DNA of 64,000 bases from Octopus bimaculoides. Lineage: Eukaryota. A program made the translations under genes and the position numbers. The notes below the pieces were generated by a model. The model made no database searches, was not told where the DNA came from, and worked only from the letters and a program-made list of their open reading frames with translations. Where the stretch lies: positions 17,688,476-17,752,475 of the forward strand of contig NC_069000.1 in the NCBI RefSeq assembly GCF_001194135.2, given 5' to 3'. Below, in pieces: positions 11,501 to 20,500 of this stretch. The stretch's first letter is position 1. Each line of letters opens with the position of its first letter.

Positions 11501-14500
11501 AGCCACTGCTTGAATCTTGGGGTTAGTAGCCCATGCTCTTAACCACTACTAACCCCAAGATTCCGAGTTCGATTCCAAGCAGTGACCTGAACAACAACAA
11601 CAACAACAACAGCGGTGGCGGCGATGGCAAAAAAAAATACGTTATGAATGAGAACCCAGGTTCGAAATTTCCCCAAAACACCTGATAAAGGCTGGAGGTT
11701 ATATCAACCGAAACGTTCTGTTAACAACAAGATGAGGACAAATATCCGTCAAATGTAAATAATGTACGTAATTCCTCATCTCTTAAATATATAACTGTAT
11801 CATAAGCTAATATTCACATTTATGTCTATTTCTGAAAACCAGTTACTGTTCAAATAGCAGAAAGGGAGCAGAGGGTGTCACATGGAACCTGAAAACAATT
11901 GAAACCTAAAATTAACCTAACAGAATATATATTCAACCCAAGACTTACAAAAAAAATAAAGCTTTGTTAGTTATTGGTTTCAAATTTTGGCACAAGACCA
12001 GCAAGTTTTGCAGGGTGGGAGCCAAGTGAATTAGATCAACCCAAGTACTCAACGGGTACTTATTTTATCAACCCCAAAAGGATGAAAGGCAAATCGATGT
12101 CAGTGGTATTTGAGCACAGAACATAAAGACGGACAAAATGCCATTGAGCATTTTGCCCAGGGTGCTAACAATTGTGCCAGCTCGCCACCTTGAAGTTCAG
12201 TTAAATATTAAAACAGATATTGGTTTCAAATTTTGGTACAAGGTCAACAAGTTCAGGGGGGAGGGGGCTAAGTCAATTAGATCACCCTCAGTACTCAGCT
12301 GGTACTTATTTTATTGATCCCAAAAGGATGCAAGGCAAAGTCGACCTGGGTGGTATTTGAACTCAGAACATAAAAAAGACAAATTGCCTCTAAGCATTTT
12401 GCCTGGCACAATAACAATTCTACCAACTTGTTGCCTTAAAGATCTGTTAGATATTAAAGCAGATATTGGATAAACATGCTCTCGTAAAGAGAGCTATGGG
12501 AAGATATTGTTAGATTTTATCATTTTTCTAGCTATAACATTTAACTGCACACTTTAGTTCACTAAATTACTTGGTAACTAATTTTGCAAAGTTTAGGTCG
12601 TCACATCTATCATCGTTTAACGTCAGCTTTCCATGCTAGCATGGGTTGGACGATTTGACTGAGGACTGGTGAACCAGGTGGTTACACCAGGCTCCAATCT
12701 GATTTGGCAGAGTTTCTACAGCTGGATGCCCTTCTTAACGCCAACCACTCCGAGAGTGTAGTGGGTGCTTTTATGTGCCACCGGCACGAAGGCCAGTCAG
12801 GCAGTACTGGCAACAGCCACGCTCAAAATGGTGTCTTTTACGTGCCACCTGCACTAACTTGGAAATTGCTTACATATGACCTTCCTGAGAAAAAGCTTTA
12901 TATCAGTGGCTCTCAACCATTTTTTGCCTATGGATCTCTTTGATTCCTACTCAATGTATATTAAAAAAAAATCCTAATTTAATATTAGGAACAGCATAAA
13001 AAAATTGCTAAAATATTGTGTATTATAGAAATATAAGCAATTTATTGCATATAAATTTTAGCAACAAAATCTTATATGGACCCCCCCCCCAAGGGCTATA
13101 TAGACCCCAGTTGAGAACCACTGCTTTATATAAAGCATTACCAAGAGTGGCCTTCCTACTTTTGATACTATAGCAGATTCCATTGTAATTTTAATTATTT
13201 TAATATTTACAAAATACAGCTAAGTAACAAAAAAGTACTTCGTTAAAAGAGCCTTCTAAACTTTTGTTTTCAAGATTAATTAGTCATTAGGAAAGATATA
13301 TGGCCACAAACAGATATATGGCCTCATCCAACCTATATCAGAATGGAAATGCAAATATAAAACAGTCATGGAAAGTATCAATGATGCAACATACTAGGAG
13401 GGATAAATCCCTGTAATAGAAAGGATACAGCATTGATATAACACCAGTTGCCCTTGTTGTTGAGAGCCCGAGGTTGCAGGGCCACAGGTCGGAAGATCAG
13501 ATTCATATCTTTCAAAGCAGCTATAAGTAACAGAAAACAAAAATTAACATTACATAAATCTTACTGATATATGAGAGAAATATTGGTATAAAAACATGTT
13601 TATAGAAGAGGAACAAGTTATGATTAACACACTAAGTAGTTCTTTATAAATACCAATCACAATTAAATAAATCACTGATGGAGAAGTGATGCCATCCACA
13701 TGGAAAACGATAGTTGAATAAGTATCAACATAATGTAGTGAGCATCAAATATCTAACTAGAGATAACTATTTTGCATAATGCATGCATACAGGTATGCAT
13801 TATACAAAAGAACTTAAAGTTACCTATTTGTTTATGACCATATTCAAAATAGTATAAATTATCTAATTTCTAGTGTCAAAGCCATCTGGTCTATATAATA
13901 AACAGTATAAATCACTATAAAGTTATATTTTTCCAGGACAGCAGTAAGTAATATAGTAAATGTTTATTATATTTTCTAAGTGTGGCCGTAAAATTGCATC
14001 GCTCAAAGTTGTCTGCTCTTACACATCAAAATAAACCAGAAAATGTAAAACTGAAATTTAAAACAGCAAAATGAAGATGTGTACTTAGTTTTTGTTTATA
14101 TGCTACTACATACTTCAGTTTGTGTCTATGCACTACAATAACATATGTGCTTCTTAAAATTTTACATGTTTTAATAACCCACTACAATAAATAATAACAC
14201 AAAGGCACTTCAGTCTATCTAGTGACATCATCATCATCATTTAATATCCGTAGTCCACGTGGCATGGGTTGGATGGTTTGACCAGGGCTGGCAAGCTGAG
14301 AGACTGCACCAGACTCCAGTCTGATTTGGCGTGGTTTCTACAACTCAGTGCCATTTCTAATGCCAACCACTCTGTCAACTAAATTCCATACAAGATTTTG
14401 CTCAACCTGATGTTGTTGAAGGCAATTGCCTTGAAATGCTGTACTGTGGAATCAAACCTGAAGCAGTGTAGTTGCAAAATAATATGTACTTCAGCAACAC

Positions 14501-17500
14501 AGACATGTCTGAACTTTCAGACTATAATAATATCACTATAACGTACATAAGGTTACAAAGTGAAGATAAAATTTGGATACTTACCTCCGATCTTCATTGC
14601 CATCAGGTCTTCATCAACAGCAACAGGAGTTGGCAGCTGAGGGGTAGATTCCTTTACAAATTCTCGTTCCGGGCTTGGTTTTGGCACTGTAGCTGATGTC
14701 ATACCTTTACCTGTTGCAGCCCTGTCTACAGATGCTGGAGAGGATGTCCGTTTAGAAACAGTCAGCTCATCGTCCCTGTCTGATGTTCCCGAGTACACAA
14801 CAATACTCTTTGATGTAGTCTCAGTGTTTCTGAACAGACCAGCCCAAGACTTCATCTTGGGAAGCTGTGGAGTAGGAGAAATATTTTTGTCTTTAGCTTG
14901 GCTAACTGTCTCCACACTCTCTGTTGAGGTCACACTGTCTGCATCTTTTGTCACATCTACAGTCGGTGTCTGTGACTCTGATTCTAAACTATTTGGTACA
15001 TTCTCACCAGCAACTGCTGAACTCTCAACAACAGGTTTGGCATTTTCAGGAGATTTTGTTTCATTCACATCTGCCAAAGAACTATTTACAACACTGTCAA
15101 CATGGTCACTAGGCTTGGGTGATTGGTCACTAGACTGGCTCTGCAAATTATCATTGTCTGAAGGTGCAGTGGTTGGGAGTGGTTTATCTTTAGCCTGACT
15201 GTTAAGTGAATTTGTATCAGATGGAGATCCCTCCCCAGTTTGGTTACTATTACTCTTTTGGTCAGGAAATGTTATTATATAATGATCATTGTGTAACTTT
15301 AACTGTAAGTTATCATTAGGAAGAATACCATTCCCAGAGATTTCAGAGTCAAAAAAGCTAATAGTTTCCAACATCTGGGTTTCAGTTTCAATTGACTTTT
15401 CTAGTTTTCCAGAAGGCACATTATCACAGTCTGGCTTCGCCTGACCACTCTTGTCAATCATGCTAAAACTAGTTGGATCAACTTTATCAATTCTGCAATT
15501 TTTCACTTGTACTCTCTTGTTACACTGCTTGATATTTTTCAGATCTCCAGATTTCGTATCTTCTGCTTCACTTTTCAATGAACCAGACAGGCTGGGTTCA
15601 AGCACACTGTTCCCCTCATAGAGTTTGCCATTCTCTTTGACTGATGTGTTTGTCACTGGCATGCTTGGTTGAGACTGGTCATATTCATGAACTGTAACTA
15701 CATGGTTGGAAACCGGTGGAATTACAGAGTCATTATTGACCACTTCTAGTGAAGCATCAGAAGGAGGGGGTATGAAGTCGTGATTTACCATAGTCAAATT
15801 GATGGGGATCATACCTGGAGGAGGCCCAACCACTGAGGGTCTGTTTATTTGGGACTGAGAAAGGTTGACTGGTTGTGTAAATACCAAAGGTACTAGTGGA
15901 GACTGGAAAATAGCACCTCCAGCAGGGATGTGAGGAACAGGTCCTGTGCGTGGGTATAGAGTTGCAACAGGAACAACTGATGGAGGTGGTGGCGGTGGAT
16001 TACCATTGTAAGCTTCATAAGGAATCAGATCATCTGTAAAAAGACAATGAAGGTCGTGAGTTTTTATATAACTTAGCAAAGCATCATCAGGAAGGGAAAT
16101 AAACAACATTTAACTTACCAGCTAAAGGAGATCCATCTTTGTCCCAAGGAAACTGAAATAGATAAAGTTTAGATTTTATTTCTCACCAATAGGTCATGGT
16201 AGGCATCCAAATTGAAGATTTTCCATTATGAAAAAAAAAAAAAAAAAAAAANNNNNNNNNNNNNNNNNNNNNNNNNNNNNNNNNNNNNNNNNNNNNNNNN
16301 NNNNNNNNNNNNNNNNNNNNNNNNNNNNNNNNNNNNNNNNNNNNNNNNNNNNNNNNNNNNNNNNNNNNNNNNNNNNNNNNNNNNNNNNNNNNNNNNNNNN
16401 NNNNNNNNNNNNNNNNNNNNNNNNNNNNNNNNNNNNNNNNNNNNNNNNNNNNNNNNNNNNNNNNNNNNNNNNNNNNNNNNNNNNNNNNNNNNNNNNNNNN
16501 NNNNNNNNNNNNNNNNNNNNNNNNNNNNNNNNNNNNNNNNNNNNNNNNNNNNNNNNNNNNNNNNNNNNNNNNNNNNNNNNNNNNNNNNNNNNNNNNNNNN
16601 NNNNNNNNNNNNNNNNNNNNNNNNNNNNNNNNNNNNNAGGCCATTTCAAATCAAAAGCACACTACCACCAATAAAGATACACACACACACACACACAAAA
16701 CAGGTTTCTACTTAGTGCCCCAATTTCCAAATTCCACTCAAGGAATTGGCCAACCTGGAGATATTTGCCCAAGATTCCATACAATGGAATGAAATCCAAA
16801 TCTACATATTAACAAAGCAAACTTCTTACCCACAAGTTATACATGCAAAAAGTTATATTTCAGGACTTAATAAACAATCAAAGATTCAAAAAACTTGATT
16901 ACTCACTTCTATTTTCTTCTGCCCAGATTCCAAGTTTGCACCATGCAATATATGCTGGACAGCATCTTGTTCATCTGGAGGTAAACCACTGAAGTCACCA
17001 AAGGAGTAGTTTTCCTGAAAATACATTACTAAAACAGTTAATTACATCCCGAAATTATTACAACTACCACTATAAATTAAATTTCTTTTTAACCCTTTCA
17101 TTAACATTTTTGTGTGAGGGAGTGAGAGAGGAAGAGAGAAAGAGAGAGAATCTGTCAGTAAACTAAGTATTTTCAACTTTTTTAATTTGCTTAGTTCGTT
17201 GACGCTGCAGTCATTAATTTCCTGTAGTTTATTTCTATGTACAGAGCCGTTAGAAATAATAATTTTCTCCAACTCTTCAGATGATTAAATTGAAAAAGCC
17301 ATAATAAAAGGACAAACTGGATAGAATGAGAGTATACTGGCAATTTATAATGGTGTTATTCAAGACAATTTAACATGGACAACTTCCATTCTGTGCATCT
17401 GATTATCAATTTTATTATTTCTTTTCTACTAGGAATTAAAAAATGATATCAAGACAAGAACTACACTGTACCTTACCCAGCTATACAGTATACTTGGAGC

Positions 17501-20500
17501 AAGTTTTGGGTGCAGGTATAAACGTATGGTTTATAAATTTTGTTTAACAACCATATGGTTTTAGCTTCAATCCCACTGTGTCATCCTAAGTGATTTCTAC
17601 AATAGCCTTGGACTGACCAAAGACCATCCTTGTTCTTGAATGGTATGCCTAATCTGTCACCCAGTTTAACATCACCACCTAGCCTTTAAGTGCACCTAGA
17701 AACTCCTACTGCAAACTTTGAGATAGATTTCTGCGAATAATTTCTACCCTACCTACCAGCAAATGGAACCCACTAGCACTGCCCTTCCACTTCTAAGATG
17801 TTTAATCCTTTCGTTACCTTTTTTTTTTAAATACACTGCCATTCTTGCAATTAATTTTGAAAGCAAAATAACTGACATTATTAAGCTATGGTTTGGAACA
17901 TAAATGAACAGGAAATATTTGTATCATAGAACCACAGGTGGTCTCAGGCAAGTTGGTATCAGGGGTTACCCATCTCACACACCCAGTAATTCAAATGCTA
18001 CCCACCTACATTTTTTTTATTCTATTACAAAATAACCATACTTTGCAAAATTCAGATTTTAGCATAGAAGAGTAAAGAAATCTATGGACATTATATTTAT
18101 AAAAAGTATCTTAACAATATACTTTGAAATCAAATATAAGATTTTTCAACTCAAGAATTGAATACAAATTATATTGCACTAACAATACACAAACCTTCCA
18201 TTAACATTTTAACTTTCTTATTGAAGTAGAAACATCAGTTAGATGTCTGAAATAATAGAATTTTGATACCTTGAACCAATGTTTGCTTATTTGTTCAAGA
18301 AACTTAGATCTTTTCCATAAGTGCTTCTTGACCAATCACCACCAGATCACCCATCAACTAAGCATTTTTTCCCCACTAGCATCCACAGATGCAAGCATAC
18401 TGTGTGGTAAGAAGCTTGCTCCCCAACCACATGGTTCAAGCTTTAGTCCCACTGCATGACACCTTGGGCAAGTGTCTTCTATAGCCGCAGGCTAACCAAA
18501 GCCTTGTAAGTGGATGTGATAGATGGAAACTGAAAGAAGCCTGTTTCATGGTATTAAGGTTTACATCCCTGTAACTTAATGGTTCGGCAAAAGAGATCAA
18601 CAGAATAATAAGTACTACACACAAAGTGCACCAAATTATTTTCATTTGCTCTAAAAAGTACAGCGAATAAAGAGTTTGGGAACAACTGGTGGCAATGCAA
18701 TCTGCTAAACATAGCAACCACACCTCTCTAACACCCTACCATCTTAGCATATCAAAGATTATTTCAATATGCATTTTTTTTTATTAAGTCAGTGAATCAT
18801 AGGTGACCAGAAAGAAACAGGCAAAGCTTTGGAAAAATTTGAATAGTAAAAGCAACGCCTCTTAATGATTAGAATCTAAAAGAAATATAGAATTAATCTT
18901 AAGGGACACTACAGCACACACTCTATAGTTATGGCTGTAAAAGAGGATGGGGAACAGGCAAATGAAGGGATATGAAGAAAAGGTTCAGAAAAACAGAAAC
19001 CAATGTTACACTTGAAAGAAAACAGACGATACTCTAACTTTAATATGAGTTCATCCACACTAATAAGATCTGACATGTGAGAGATGCTGACACCCTATCC
19101 CAGGCTTAACAAGAATAAACTTAATCATATTTAATAGGGCCATGTTTTACAAAACAAAATTAGCAATCAATTAGTTTAAAGTTTCTGAAGTGGGACAATA
19201 CCGGTGTATATAATTTCGAACGTTAATTTCACCTAATTATATACATAATTACGAGGCACTGAAGAAGCCAGTGTATCATATACTTGATTCGCGTGAAAAG
19301 GAAGTTTTAACCCAGGCGAACCTATGAGCTAAGGCCTCCCAGCTGTGACTATCATTTTCCTTCCGGTGTGTCCATTTTCCTTCATGATAATGTCGTTTTA
19401 AGGATATTTGGCTGTTGTGTCTAACAGGTTAAGTTACCATGTAGAGACACTCATTGAATAAGTTTCTCGCAGCCCCAAAAACGTATTCAAGTAAATTTAC
19501 AGAAATAACCAATATTCATAAAATAAGGTAATTAACAGAAATAATCTCTAACAGACACCCTCACATACTGATTTTAATAACTAGCCGATGATGCCCTTAC
19601 CACCTCTAACCACTCTAACATGAAGTTGGGGTAGAAGTGGGGCAAGTAGAGTTTAAGNNNNNNNNNNNNNNNNNNNNNNNNNNNNNNNNNNNNNNNNNNN
19701 NNNNNNNNNNNNNNNNNNNNNNNNNNNNNNNNNNNNNNNNNNNNNNNNNNNNNNNNNNNNNNNNNNNNNNNNNNNNNNNNNNNNNNNNNNNNNNNNNNNN
19801 NNNNNNNNNNNNNNNNNNNNNNNNNNNNNNNNNNNNNNNNNNNNNNNNNNNNNNNNNNNNNNNNNNNNNNNNNNNNNNNNNNNNNNNNNNNNNNNNNNNN
19901 NNNNNNNNNNNNNNNNNNNNNNNNNNNNNNNNNNNNNNNNNNNNNNNNNNNNNNNNNNNNNNNNNNNNNNNNNNNNNNNNNNNNNNNNNNNNNNNNNNNN
20001 NNNNNNNNNNNNNNNNNNNNNNNNNNNNNNNNNNNNNNNNNNNNNNNNNNNNNNNNNNNNNNNNNNNNNNNNNNNNNNNNNNNNNNNNNNNNNNNNNNNN
20101 NNNNNNNNNNNNNGTAAGTGGATTTGGGAGCAGGAAACGGAAAAGATCCCGTCATGTGTCAGTGTGTGTGCGCGCCTTTGCGTTCGTCCCTCACGACCGG
20201 TTGACAACCGTTATCGGTTTGTTTACGTCCTTGTAACCTAGCGGTTCGGCGAGAGACCAATACCAGGCTTTAAAAAAAAATAAATACTAGGGTCAATTCG
20301 TTCGACTAAAATCCTTTAAAGCCGGTGTCTAAGCATGACCGCAGTCCAATGACTGTAACAAGTAAAAAATAACTACTGGTCACACTGTCCAAAGTTCAGG
20401 TCACATTACTGCCAATGTGTGTGGGCTTCGACTGAACTGAAGTTCGATTTCTTTAACATTCACTGATTAACGGTATGAAATCATAAAAACAATAGCTCTA

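Larger units (their letters stand above)
11235..13428 (-). other. U12-type (minor spliceosome) GT-AG intron, USP10 intron 5
   Basis: 5' splice site GTATCCTTT (13428-13420); branch site TACCTTAAC (11254-11246) about 12 nt from the AG; no real polypyrimidine tract. Confidence 0.92.

Noticed and set aside
14553-16109. 518-aa ORF as a stand-alone gene
   Set aside because: It is USP10 exon 4 plus intronic read-through at both ends; splice sites at 16033 and 14585 are clear
19259-19307. Another hammerhead-like CTGAAGA...GAAA
   Set aside because: Helix II and helix III cannot be formed convincingly
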